A stretch of DNA of 64,000 nucleotides from Sphyrna mokarran (Eukaryota): contig JAGIQG010000009.1 in the NCBI GenBank assembly GCA_024679065.1, forward strand, positions 99,386,001-99,450,000, written 5' to 3'. Numbering within the stretch: position 1 is the first letter of the stretch; each line of letters begins with the position of its first letter. The position numbers and the translations under genes are program-made. A model generated the notes under the pieces. The model searched no databases. It was not told the DNA's origin and worked only from the letters and a program-made list of their open reading frames with translations. Positions 11,690-24,902 of the stretch are shown in pieces.

Positions 11690-14600
11690 TAGGGAAGTGG
11701 TAGTGTAGCAATGAAGAGACTCAAGCGAATGTTTTGGGTCATCGTCACCTTGGCAGAATTTAAATTTAATGCAAGCTCTCGGAAGTAAATTTCAAATGAA
11801 GGCCATTAAACAATTTTCTATGTGGTAAAAACACAACTTATTCTGTTTAGGGAAGCGAATCTGTCGCCTTGGCCTCCAGGTGGCTCCCAGCCACAGCAAT
11901 GTAGATAAGTCCTCGGTGCACTCCGAAATTGCTTAGCAAGCCATTGACTTGCATCTAATCGCTACAACTAAAACAGAAATAAATGAAAGCAATCAGACAA
12001 CACAGCATCGTCATAGACGCCGGAAATGAAAAGAGGATACCTAGTCCTGTTCATTCGGCAAAGTACTCCATGAAAGCATTTAGGATTTGCGACAAAATTG
12101 GAAGGGCTGTCTCATAATCCATTCCATCAGTAATCTGGCATAGTTTTACTACGGAATCATTCCTTGAGGCAATGACCCAGACACCACTATCGGCAATCGG
12201 CTTTTTGCGCTATTCCACCAGAAGGACACATCAAGCAGATGGCGCGATACAGTTGGATACCGTTTGGAGGGGAATCTCAGCATTGGCCGCAGACCGTATC
12301 AAAACCTCATAGCATCAGATCAAACGTGGTTTTGCTCTGATTACTACACAGTGTCCCCCTTCAGCACAGAATGAGAATTCCTCCATATTGCACAACACAT
12401 GGAGGAATCATTAAGGGCGGTAACGGCGCAGAATATAATTGTTTGACGGTTTTGAATTCCTATTAACGACAGTGGCTCTGTAGCATCACTTCAGAACAAG
12501 CTGGCCTGCTTCTAAAGGAAACAAACCTTAGAAGAGAACAGTGGCAGTTGATGAGTGAATAAACAAGAGGGAAGATATATTTGAATTTATTCTTACCAAA
12601 CTGCCTTCCTCAGATGTATCTGTCCTGGACAGTATCTATAGAATGAGCATCACACAGTCCTAACGGAAGCAACGTCCCGTTTTCACACCGAGAACGCCTC
12701 CATCGTGTTGTATGGTACCGCCATCATTCTAAGTGCGATTGGTCGTGAACGGACCTAGTAAAGCAAGACGAGACATCCGTATGACTCTAGTGCCTAACCG
12801 TAGCAGCAGAATCAAGCATCTGTTGAATGACGCATCGCAATGTCCCAGCAAAATTTAGCCATAATCTGTAATCCCATAACTCGACATGTGCTCTAATCTA
12901 TAATTACTACCATGACAGTTGGTCAGCCTTGGTTTATGAAGAGTGCAAGAGGTCATGGCAGGAGCAGCATTCCTAAAATGAGCTATCAACCTAATGAAGC
13001 CACAGCTTAGGGCTCCATGTGTGCTATAAAAAAAAGTGGCGAGTTTAGCAATTCTTCAGCAGTGGATGAGTTCAAAGCACTACAGTCCCGTCATCCAGTT
13101 GTGAATGGTGGCACAAGATTACCCAATGCACTGAAGGAGGAGGAAATATCCTCAATCTCAATGCTGCAAGAGACCAGCACATCGGTTCTCAAAGTAAAGT
13201 AAAAGCGTTCTCAACAATCTTTCATCAGAAGTGCCAAAAGTAGAATCGCTACAGTGCAGGAGAGGCCATTCTGCCCACCATATATGCATCGATTTGGGGC
13301 AGCATGGTAGCACAGTGATTAGCACTGCTGTTTCACAGTTCGAGGGACCTGAGTTCTATTCCCGGCTTGGGACAACGTCTATGTGGAGTTTGCACATTCT
13401 CCTCGTGTCTGCGTGGGTTTCCTCGAGGTGATCCGATTTCCGCTCACAGGGGGTCCTCCTTGGGCTCCTGGTGCTCCGGTTTCCTTCCATAGGGTTTCTT
13501 CCCTATGCTAAAATTGCACCCTTAGTGTCCTGAGATGCATAGGTTAGAGGGATTAACGGGCAAATGTGCAGGGATATGGGCGTTGAGCCTGGATGGGATT
13601 GTGGTCGAAGCAGACTCAGTGGGCCAGATAGCCTCTTCTTACGTTGTAAATTTTCTATGATTCTTTCTGTGATTGTCTAACAGCGTATCATTCCCTGACC
13701 CTCTCCCCATTGCACCCCCAGAGCACTTCACATATCCGAACTCTAATCCATCTGACCTATAGATTCAGGGGAACGATGCGTTAATTTAGCAAGGCTTCCA
13801 ATCCAACTAACCTGTACATCTTTGGATCGTGGGAGGAAAATGGAGTACCCTGCCGAAATTCTCCAGAGCTGTGAGACAGCTGTGATAACCATTGTGCCAA
13901 CATGTTACCCCCATTATCCATCATGGCCTCGTTCAGATATCCGCAACATTTCAGAAATTAGTCTTAAATAAATTAGACTCGCTGCGCTTGACATCAAGGA
14001 AAGGCAGAAGACACAGGATACATACTATGGACCTTTACAATATTCCAGAAACAGCACAGAAGTGATCACTCTGACTTTGCCATTCCCCTTGTCAAGCTTT
14101 TCCAGTATAGCTGCAGTATAAGCATCTTCTCTACAATGTGGAAACCTATCGAAGTAAGTGTTATTCAGTAGAAAACAGGGCAAATACAACCGGGTGAGCT
14201 AATGCCCCATTAGTCTACTCTCAATCCTCAGTAAAGTGATGGAATGGATTCGCAATAATGCTGTGAAGCTGAACTTATTCAGCAATAAGTTGTTCATTTT
14301 CTCTCAACTAGGTCCCGCCACTATAACTCAACTCTATGCTTCCTTTGCTGATTCTGTTCAAATATGGATAAAAGGAGCCGATTTCCAGAGGTGAGGTCAC
14401 AGCAACTGCCCTGAACATCAAGGCAGCATTTGACCGAGCATGGCATCAAAACGCCCTGGGAATCTCAACTACGTGGGAATTAGGGATCAGGATCAAATCA
14501 TCCGCCTTTTATCTTCAGTGTCATTACTAAGGCTAAATACCGCGCTATGAACATCCCTGGGGTTTATCATTAACCATAGACTGATCTAGATTAGTCCATT

Positions 14601-15112
14601 ATGCATACTGTGGTTAGAAGAGCTGGTCAAAATCGAGGAAACCTGCAGAGAGAAACTCCACTCCAAATTCCGCAAACCATGTCCAACATCTATGCAGTAC
14701 GTCTCTGGTGAGTGATGAATATCCTCCACTTTCCTAGAGACCTCAATGATACTGGTTCGCTCAAACCTTCCCAAAAAACATTGACAGTAACGTGTAACGT
14801 CTAGAAGATGCACTTCAGAGATTCGTGAAAATTCCGTCGGTAACACAGACCAAACCCACCGGAACTATGACACAGAACGATAATGACTGCAATTATCTGG
14901 GAAGATGCTTCAACGTCATTCATGGAAATTTATCGCCATTCGTTCAGTGTCACTGTACGCTAGGTAAACGTTCTCGTATTCCCTCCCTAACATCACGGCG
15001 GGATTGCAGTGGTGCAAAAAGGCAGCTAACTGCCACCTTCCCAAAGGCTACGAGAGATGGGAAATAAGTGATGGCTGAGCCAGTGGCACTCACTTTTCTG
15101 GAATAAATAAAA
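11690..15112 (+). mobile_element. Degenerate long non-LTR retrotransposon (CR1/L2 group; endonuclease and RT remnants) with nested SINEs
   Basis: remnants such as gttttactacggaatca (VLLTES-like), cccattagtctactctca (PISLLS), aacatcaaggcagcatttgaccga (IKAAFDR); many stops; 3' end related to 51200-51665. Confidence 0.75.
13297..13662 (+). mobile_element. SINE nested inside an opposite-strand SINE (about 13241-13912) inside the LINE
   Basis: ggggcagcatggtagcacagtg head, V domain, ttctatgattct tail; flanked by the two halves of a minus-strand SINE. Confidence 0.8.
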
Positions 15113-15908
15113 TTATTACAATTTTGAGTACAAGCATATTGAGTGACAGTTTGGAAGCGAAACTAGGAAGACATCGTGAAGTATAGAGCTGAATTTAATG
15201 GAGATCGCCAGTGTAGGTATCATATCGGAGTGATTAAGAACGCGTTGTGGAAAAAGGATGACAAGGCACACCTGCCGAGTCCTGATTCGGGATATTTTTG
15301 TTCAATTGGCTTCAGTCTGGAGCCTGTCAAGGACAATTGGTCCTGAGCCCAGCGGATTTGAGTGGTGGTTCATTAAGTTATCTGATCATTTATGGGCCTC
15401 CCCTGCCTCCTGACGACGGTCCAATAATCCCTGTTAGGTTTTTCTGTGATCTTGCATGGGAGGGGTTCTCGTTTACATATATTTATTGCCCAGTCGAGGA
15501 CAAAATTTCGGAAACAATTAACAAGATTTGCTAGGAGCCTGCAAACATTTAGTTGAATTAAGCAAAATAATTTTGTGCTGAGGAGAGAAAAAAAAATCAA
15601 ATTTTGATCAGACGCCTTGCATCTCACCTGGAATCAGCAGAATTGCAGTACATGCTGCATGTTAAACAATTAATGTACCCTTGGACCCAGTTTACACCTG
15701 TTCACAATTTCTGCGCCGCATTATGTTAATTTCATGAAGGATTCAACATTGACTAATACATGTTTGTAGTTGCAAAAAGATTTCACTTGTAACAAAACGC
15801 CTCTTGCACGCAAGGCCTGAAAATTAAGCAATCTTTTCAGCCTTTCACCGGCAATATTTTTCACAGTCGATATGCTGCTAATAACCCTCATATTAGTGAT
15901 TTATTCAC

Positions 15909-15932
15909 CTGAATCTTGACACTTCTTCAATT
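15909..15932 (-). CDS. 24-nt microexon ELKKCQDS
   Basis: tttttcattaccag|AATTGAAGAAGTGTCAAGATTCAG|gtgaat. Confidence 0.8.
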
Positions 15933-17169
15933 CTGGTAATGAAAAAGTATTTATATATTTTAGCTCTACGATTAGATATATGATTGTTATTCATTACCAT
16001 ATGTTGGTATTGTAAAACAATGAAACGTTTTCCTTTGCATTACTGAAATGATCCCAAATCTATAGTAATCATAATGAATACATTCATGTAATTTCACATC
16101 AACGGAAAATATTCGTCAGAACATAGTGGAGGCATTCTCAGGCCGCGCTCAATTGAAAATGTATATTCCCGATCGAATTCATTGGACCTTTACATGGTCT
16201 GCGCCCCGCGATCTTGAATTCCAGTGGCGGGCTGGAAAGGAGAATCCCGGTTATAATTTCAACATTATTTAGAACTGAGTTTGGAAAAAAAATCCTCCAG
16301 TTTTTCTTCTATTGCAACAGAGCTCTAGCAAAGAAAATGCTACGGAGATGATCTGTCAGAAACGGTTTTGTGCGATCTTTTCCGTTCCGTCCGCCGCGGG
16401 AACTGAAGCAGACGAGGGACGGACCATGGAAAAGTCCGTTGACTTCAACGAAAATTTCCAGTTTCGGGGCAACAGCGTCCGGAAAAACTCGCCACTAACT
16501 CAGCAACAAAAATGTAAAAAAAAGCAAGAAAATTAAAATCGGTTTGAAAATCCTATCTAAGAGTTCATTTTGTAAATGACAGTTAAGCATGGTTTAAATA
16601 AAACATCGCCAAATGAAAATGTGACTAATATACATTGGAATGCTGAGCAACTATCGCCTATATATCGGTTAGGTCATTCAAATGAACACTATCACCCTGC
16701 CTAATGGGTGTCTCGCTTCCTTATTATTAAAGTTATACTGCTTGATATTCCATTAATTTGCAGCTTCCCAAAACCAATTTTTATTTCTCTGTTGCATCTA
16801 GGTATGCTTGCTGTCATTGTTACGTTGCAATTCAGTCTCAACACATTTTCAAACATGGTCATTTGGTTGCTATTACTCTTACTTTTTCAATTTTGTCTCA
16901 AACGAATCTGAGATTATGCTACCCATGTTGGTTTTGGTGAACTCCGAACACCGATAACCTGTAGACATGTACATCAAATAATTAAGAAGGCGTGGAAAAC
17001 CTAGGTGCATTTCCTTATATTCAACAGGAGGTTATGATCCATCTCCATCAGAAACGGTGCCGATAAATAGGCTTTTTTGATATGACCTAAATTCATCTTA
17101 AATACGTACACTTAGCTGTTTGTGTCAACCTAAATGACAAACAATTCCTAAATTTCTATTGATTTACAT

Positions 17170-17520
17170 AAGATAAACATAGGAGCAGAAGTAGAGGATC
17201 CGACTAGTATAGTCTGCTCGGCTAGTCAATGAGACAATGGTTGCAAATCACTTTCCCGTCTTATTCCATTATCCTTGAATCACTTATTAATTAAGAATCT
17301 GTTTATCTCCGCGTTCAGCATACTTTAAAAAAACTCATCTTCTGCAGCCACGGATTCGCTACCGATCAGAGAAGGAATTTTTCCTTATTATTGTCTTAAA
17401 AGGGCGACCACATATTCTGAGATTAAAATCTCCGATCTTAGACTCTTCCACAAGGGAAAATAATCTTCGAGCACCTACTTTGTGAAGCCCCAGAAGACGC
17501 AATATTTATTCTTCTAAACT
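17170..17520 (-). mobile_element. Old CR1 3' fragment
   Basis: acataggagcagaagtag tail and gactcttcccacaaggg motif. Confidence 0.65.
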
Positions 17521-17553
17521 CTAGTTTATCTATTTATTACAACAAACTCTTAC

Positions 17554-17580
17554 CGGCCGTTTTCTCTTTCAGTTGGTCTT
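17554..17580 (-). CDS. 27-nt microexon EDQLKEKTA
   Basis: cgtttgttacag|AAGACCAACTGAAAGAGAAAACGGCCG|gtaaga. Confidence 0.88.
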
Positions 17581-19176
17581 CTGTAACAAACGATTACATT
17601 AACAATATACTTAATATGTAACTGGTAGATGCACAAAAACACTTACTTTCAATCTCTATTGGTTGAATATAAAGCGGTTCAAACGAACAATTCTTTGTTT
17701 TCTGCCTCTCCAGATACCCTTGAAAAATGTCAATCCTTATACTTGCAATGGTCACCAAATGCCATTCCCCGAAATCCGCAGGATTGGAACGGAATTCTAC
17801 TAACCTTTATTCGATAGATTCATATTTTTCTCACTCGGTATTCTGTTTCCCTTTGGCGATCGCGCTGTCGGAGAACTGTTTAACCATAACTTAAAGAACG
17901 ATTATTCTTGGCAATAAGGCGAGATGGTGGGTACAAAGATTTCTGTCTCCGTCAATAAGGGGTTAGAACTGGAACTGTTCCTATCCCTCAAGATATATAT
18001 AACTGAGCTAATCGACTCCTAGTTACCATACAAAAGAACAACATTAATTTCATTTCTTCTTTTTCCCTGTTCTCTAAAAAGCCGCGATATTTTTTACATG
18101 AATTATTTGCAGTGGCGCCATGAGTTCAGCATTAAAGGAAGGCCTCTCCAAAATGTAATGTACCCACTTCATCAGTTTTGTTTTACACACTGGAGTCATC
18201 TTAAACGCCTTGCACAGCATGTAATACAGATTACATCAAGGACGAAAATTATTCAGCGGAAGACAAAGCAGCAGTTTAAATGCAGCATTTTTTATTTGGC
18301 AGGAATCAGAATACTTATCTTACGGATTGGAGGAACGAATACATCAGGGTTTATCGTCGCCCTACGCTATTGTTTTTCTTACTGTTTTCCGTCATGATTA
18401 TTAATATCCAACAACTGGGTCAAAGGAAAATAATTTCAATATGTGCTGATGGCTGAAAACATGGAAAGATTCTGAACTGTAAGGATCGTGGTGGCCTTGC
18501 ATAAGGCTTACGGAATTTGCTTGAACGTGACTAATGCAAAGAAGCGAGAAGTTGTGTTTTTAGTACGCACAAGGGAAGGCAATAGAAAACAAAAATTGCC
18601 ATACATGGCAGGCATATTGAGTAAGTTTATGAGAACCCAGGCTCACAAAGCGATAGAAAGACTTGATATTGCGGAATTTGTGGCAAACTTTGAGAAATTT
18701 TCACCGTGAGCTTGTCTCCAGAGCTTGCGTCACACTTTAAAATAGGTGAGTACCGAAACGTTTCAGTAAGATTGCAGAAAGATTTCACAAGAAATATTTT
18801 GAAAAGAAGAAACTGCAGTTAATTGAGCATATTCTGATAATTTGGCGGAACCAGTGTTCTTATCCTGAGAGGAAATTTCATAGACCCGTTTAAGTCCCCG
18901 AGTTGTCTCGATGTTAGAGGAAGAGGGGAAATGTTGACACCATGAATGTACTGAAGAATCAAAGGATATTGTATAAATGTGAGTTACGAAGAACAAGCAA
19001 AAGATGTCAGGAAGCATTTTTTTTGCTGTACAACCATTGCTAGGGTCTGGAAAGCACTGTTTGTGAAATTGAACGATGGCTTTCAATCAAAAATGGGATA
19101 AACAGCTGAGGTAAATAACATTTTGGGACAATGGCAAAAGTCTAGGAAATTGGGGCTCGCTCTTTCAGAACGCTAG

Positions 19177-19580
19177 TTTTGATTTGATTTAATTATTATT
19201 ATTTTCACACGAATTAACATACAGTGAAAAGTATTGTTTCTTGTGTGTTATACGAACAAAAAATACCGTTCATAGGGAAGGAAACGAAATAGTGCAGAAT
19301 GTAATGTTACAGTCATACCTAGGGAGTAGAGAATGATCAACTTAATACAAAGTGATTCCATTCAAAAGTCTGAAAGCAGGGTGGAATCTGTTCTTGAGTC
19401 GGTTGGTGCGTGACCTCAAAGTTTTATGTCATTTTCCCGAAGAACAGAACAGAAAATGTCCAGCGTGCGTGGTGTCCTTAATCATGCTAGCTGCTTTACC
19501 AAAGCAGCGGGAAATGTAGACAGAATCAATGGTTGGGAGGCTGGTTTGCTTGGTGGGATGGGCTACATTCAAGAACTTTT
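19177..19580 (-). mobile_element. Rex1/Babar-type LINE 3' fragment
   Basis: minus-strand peptide LPTIDSVYISRCFGKAASMIKDTTHAGHFLF resembles the Rex1/Babar C-terminus; (TTTGA)n tail. Confidence 0.8.
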
Positions 19581-20232
19581 GTCGACATACGGAAGGACGG
19601 CCTCCTTTATTTCTGCGACGTTCTATGATTCTATACATTTCTATTAATTGGTTTCTTACTTTCAGTTGGGGTGTTTCATGAGATCGATAACGTTGTTCCA
19701 AAATATTTCTCCATAAACCTAATGCATATGGGCACCATTATATAAACGGACCCTGGCACCCATTTGCGTCAAATTTGTTCATTCCCTTTTTAATATCTCG
19801 CAAATCGAAAAGTTGTTGTGACTATTCGTACCGATCACAAATTATGGTAGCAAAATCCACCGCCGCTTTTCTAAAGAAAGTGAATCCATATTCGAGGAAA
19901 AAATTAATTGAAAAAAATCGGATTAAACATGTCCTTGTCTCATCAAGGAATAGTACATGTTTTATTTTCTGTTTATTAAAGATTTACTGTTTGCAATGTA
20001 GAACGGCACGTGTGATAAGGACTTTTCTAAGGTACCTTTTATAGTTGTTGTAGCAAGGAAATTCATATTTCTTTTGTAGGAGTTGTTTAATGTAGACCAG
20101 TGATTTAAGCTGACGCTATTTTATTCACAGCACTTAAGTCGTCGTGAACGACCAGACTTCAGGGACAGCAATCTAACAAATCAACGTACGGTCCTTCGCA
20201 GTACTGGCCGAGTAATGGCAGTTAACACTTAC

Positions 20233-20259
20233 CTAATTTTGCACGCACTTTCTCGAGGT
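20233..20259 (-). CDS. 27-nt microexon DLEKVRAKL
   Basis: tgtttgtttccag|ACCTCGAGAAAGTGCGTGCAAAATTAG|gtaagt. Confidence 0.88.
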   Translation of the reverse strand, partial: TSRKCVQN

Positions 20260-20957
20260 CTGGAAACAAACAGGTGGAGTCATTTTAATCAATGTATACA
20301 TTAGAAACTTTTGATTCGCAAGGAAATTAAAGAGAATTATTATCAAATATATCACAACCATCGTCACAAACACAGAGATTCGAGCGCTTAATATTACTCT
20401 ACCGAGAACAGGATTAAAGTGGCGCGCACAGATGCTTGGTGGTTTAACATACTTGGAGGAATTTTATTTATTTAAATGTCAAATTTGAATGAGTTGAGAG
20501 ATGAATTCGGCGGGAAACGCCATTTCACTCTAATATTATAAGGAAATGCAAAAGAATAGAAATCTGATATGAAAAATGCCAATAAAAATGGAAATGCACA
20601 ACAGTCTTAGTAGCTGTGGAGAGAAAATTTATTTTAAACGTTCTTGAACAATAAGCCAATAATGACATTTTTCCTATTCAAAATGGCTTAAGTGACACAA
20701 AATTGAGATCACAAATGAAATTTGGTCCAGGTGCTTGCGTATTTGTTAGTTCAAACAATGTTCGAAACATTTAGCATAATACAATTGCAATTAGAATTAT
20801 GTGGGGACACAAACACACAGGCAAATCTATTCGTTTATATATGATCTAGTTTGTTGGTTCCAGAGATCGCGCAAACTATGTTTTCAGTGAATAACTACGT
20901 GATCTTATTTTGTTTTATAGATGTTGACAAGGAATATAAGCGGAATACTTATGTTAC

Positions 20958-20981
20958 CTTTCACTTGAGCAATCTTGTTAA
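20958..20981 (-). CDS. 24-nt microexon VNKIAQVK
   Basis: cattttgtttttag|TTAACAAGATTGCTCAAGTGAAAG|gtaaca. Confidence 0.75.
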
Positions 20982-21359
20982 CTAAAAACAAAATGAATTT
21001 ATTGGTTACACGTTAACTTATGTCATTTTATATAGCAATAGAATAAACTGCTCAGAACATGCTACGATTTCAGTTTAATTCAGTTGATAAGCTGGAAGTA
21101 AAAATAAGCAAGTTTGTGGATCGGTGGTCATGAAACAAACGTGGATAATTGTAAAACCCTACCTGGTGTACTAATATATTATAGAAAGGGTATGTACTGC
21201 TCGTTTCATGTCTGACCGGTATTTGACGCCAAGCCAAAAATGTGGGTGGTTCTCAACTGATCTCTGGAATGGACTAGAAAGACATGCAGCTCAAGAACAA
21301 TTCAGAATTGGCAGTAAAGATGCTATTGCCAGTGAATCTCACTTCCCGTGAGGCTCTGA

Positions 21360-22350
21360 CGGGCTTGAAAATTAACAAATCGCCAGGCTCGGCGGATTGC
21401 ATTCCAGGCTTCCATGGATGGTAAGACACCATAATGCAGGGGCCTGCACAACATTTTATTTTCAATCTGGCCACGGGAGAAGTTCCAGAGTATTGGAGGA
21501 CGGCAAATGTGTTCCACTTTTCAAGAAGGATGCTGGAGATATACCAGGAAATTATGGACTAGTGTGTTTCAGTGTGTGCTATTGTTTTGTGCGAGGTGTT
21601 ATCCTCGAAAGAAGTAACAACAAAAAGAATATTTTCCGAACGGCAGGACATTATGAAGCACAAAGGAACAGATCGATTTTGTGATACTTATTCAAGGATG
21701 ACTGAAGGCGGCATAGCACGTTAGTATAATTTTTAAGAAGGCATATGGGATATTTGCTTTTATCACTTGTGACATCGAGTATACAGAAAAGGGATAATAT
21801 TGAAACTACGCAGAAACTTGGTTAGGTCACAGCTGGAGTACTGTGTACAATTCTGGGTATCTCACTATCGGAAGGATGTGATTGCCCTAGAGGGGATGCA
21901 GTGGACATTTTCCAGGATGTTGTCTTGGATGGAGCACTTGGATTAACAGACACGAATGGATCGTCTTGAAGTGATTTCTCTAGCGCAGAAGAGGCCGAGG
22001 GGATCATAATTGAGGCTCACATGATTATGAGGGGATGAACAAGGTGAATAGGAAGCAATTGCGCCCCTTTCTTGAGGGGTCAGTCAGGAGGGAGATAGTT
22101 TTCGGGTAAGGAGCAAGAAACTCAGAGGGTAACAGAGAAGCTCAGAGGGTTTTGAGAATCTGGAAGCACTTGCCTGGGAAGCTAGTGGGGGAAACTTACA
22201 ATACTTAAAATGTTTTTGGATGGGCACTTGTAACATCATAACATTAGGATAGGAGATAAGCGCTGTGAATGAGATTACCGCGAGTTTAGTGGTAGTCATT
22301 GTCGGTGCAGACTCGATGTCTGAACGGCCTTTTGTACACTGTACGAATCT
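21360..22350 (+). mobile_element. Degenerate CR1 ORF2 fragments and 3' end
   Basis: VPLFKK..PGNY, cagctggagtactgtgtacaattctgg (LEYCVQFW). Confidence 0.8.
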
Positions 22351-22794
22351 ATGTGCAATATGTATCAATTACTGTTCGCGACGTGTTAAAACAATACAGG
22401 TAAAATTTCGAAAGAAGACAGTGAGAAAGGAATGACAGCTGAGGGACGTCCATTCTACACGTGTTTAAATTTACCTTCCATTGACTTTATTAGAGTGATA
22501 CATCGGATCAGTATGCAAATGGTGGCAGGTCACTTAATGTTAATTTTCCTTCCTCCTCAAGTGGAATTTCAATCTTGATCAACATAAGTGAAATGTAATT
22601 GTTAAGGAATTCAGACGAGTGCCTTCAGTTGAACACTAAATTTGTCATTGTCTGTATCACCGCAAATAACCGGGAAGACAAAACAATTATGCACAACTAT
22701 TGATGTTCCCACTGAATTCTCTACCCAGTTTCACGATAAGCTACACCATACATCAAATCAATGGAGACAATTTTAGAGGGACACATGAACAGGG

Positions 22795-23040
22795 ACGTGT
22801 TTTCGGTTCCTGGTTTGGGTCACTGACTGTCTGCACGTTCTCCCCGTGTCTGATTAGGTTTCCTTTGGATGCTCCAGTTTCCTCTTACAGTCCGAAACAC
22901 GTGTTGGTTAGGTGAATTGGCTATGCTAAATTCTCCCTCAGTATTCCAACAAACGCTGGAGTGTGGTGATTCAGAGTTTTTCACAGTAACTTCATTGCAG
23001 TCTTAATTTAAGTTTATTTGTGACATTAATAGATAAACAT
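22795..23040 (+). mobile_element. Truncated V-domain SINE
   Basis: tgcacgttctccccgtgtctg, ttcacagtaacttcattgcag; related to 11002-11298. Confidence 0.75.
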
Positions 23041-24860
23041 TGAACTTTATAAACTTTACAACAGGGAGAATCTGCTATGTATAAACGTCATTGAACGCCG
23101 TGAGAACCCTATTATAAAGGATTTGAGAAGTACTAAATTACAGAAGAGGCAAAGAAAAAGTTATGCTAAAATTTTCAACCATTGGCCATGCTTCAGTTGA
23201 ATTCTCGTGTTCAACCATGGCTTCATGGAAATTATCACAATATGCCGAGGCTACTCAAAGGAAATTGCAATGATACTTAATATAATTAATTTATTTCATA
23301 GGCTTAATAGGAATTAACTGTTTCCCATGACAGAATTGTCGATACCAGAAACTACCGATTCAGAGTTATTGGTGAAAAAAACATGGGAAGTGACACGAAG
23401 ATACAATAATCTATAATTCGAGTTGTGATGTTGTAAATATCACTGTTTGAAAGGTTGATATCTTTGGAAATGAAATTGTAGAAGTACTCCATGGGACCCT
23501 TTAGAGGTCGATCGTGGAAGAACCACGGAAAATGATTAATGGTTTCATTAATGGAATGAACACGTATAGGTGCAGTGCATTGAGCGGATATTTTCTATTC
23601 GGCTTCATTTTCAAATTGAAATATTTCATAAGTGTAGATGAAGCTTAGAAAGTGCAACATCGATCATCGCAGCTGATCAGAAATCATCAAATTAAGTTGA
23701 TACTTTACTGAATTGGATTCGAAGCACGTCAGTCGCTGCAATAAAACAGAAATGGTGAAAATATCGTCAAAGTAGAATATAGGCACTATTTTTATTTTCA
23801 TTTGCTGCATTTCCGAACATGAAGAGCAATCACAGGGGATCAGTCGCCTTTTATCCATCATTCCAACAGTTCAGCTATTACTTGCAGAGTCCACTCTGCA
23901 TCCGAGTTGAAGTTGATTTCCACGTCAACATTTTTTCTCATATGTTGTGGAGATTGGTGCGTGATTCTGTTTATGTGCGTGTGTGCTAATGCATAGGGAA
24001 ACCATGGAGCAATCTAAGTGTTGAGGGTGAAGGAGCAGCGGCGAGGAATGGTCTTCGCTTTATCAAATACTTACTTTAAAAATGAATTGGCCATTTTAAC
24101 AGAGAGTATTGGTCAGGCAACTGGTGAGGTCCTGTGAAAGCCTTAATTTGCCTCATCACATTTACCTTCCCATTGAATGCAAAAGACATCAGTCGTGGTT
24201 GGAGAAGTCATGTATTGGATGTTGCCATTATCAGCCGGGCAAAGGAGGCGATAGGAGCTGACTTGATCCGAGGCGGTAAAGAGTCATCAAAGCCCAATTG
24301 AGAGCCTTTGCCGCGAAGTTGCTAGAAATATTCGAATTTAAAACTTCCTTCACCCAACACGCCGCTCTCTGAATCTGTTTTCACGTTTTTTCATCAAAAA
24401 AATCAGAACGTGATTTGATACCTCAAACAAATTGCCACATCCAGGAGCATAATCTGGTGAGATACGCATCATGTTTCCAGCAACAGATCGTTTCTTCCAC
24501 CATCGCGAGTTCTCGTTAGGACCACCGTAAAACACTCGCATGCGTTTTCTATCATACTCCAGAAAATTGCAAAGTAATTTGGGAGGTACAATCATGAAAT
24601 AACTGATCCCTTCTCTCTTGCACACAGCAAGAAGGTGTGAGGGATTTAGATGATTGATTACTTGCTGCAGAGGGACCAGCCACTAGATTTACATCGCTGG
24701 TCTAATTCCATTAATGTTGAATTAAATTGTCACAACGTGAGATTGTGACAATTAATACTAATTTATCTGCTTTCCGTGGAATACATTTGCAAAGCATGAT
24801 ATAGATTATGTCATTTAGAGTGGCATTTTCTCCTATTGAAGGAGTGTCATTCAATCTTAC

Positions 24861-24902
24861 CGGATTGTTGTATTGGAAGATTTCTCCGAGGCTGAATGAT
24901 TT
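24861..24902 (-). CDS. 42-nt microexon EIIQPRRNLPIQQS (proline-containing variant of the 36-nt class)
   Basis: caattttcacag|AAATCATTCAG...CAATCCG|gtaaga; phase 1-1, follows a 27-nt exon where a long-class exon is expected. Confidence 0.78.

Noticed and set aside
17647-17718. 72-nt phase-1 open segment GYLERQKTKNCSFEPLYIQPIEIE with a gtaagt donor
   Set aside because: AAG acceptor, 66-nt downstream intron and no heptad pattern; unconfirmed.
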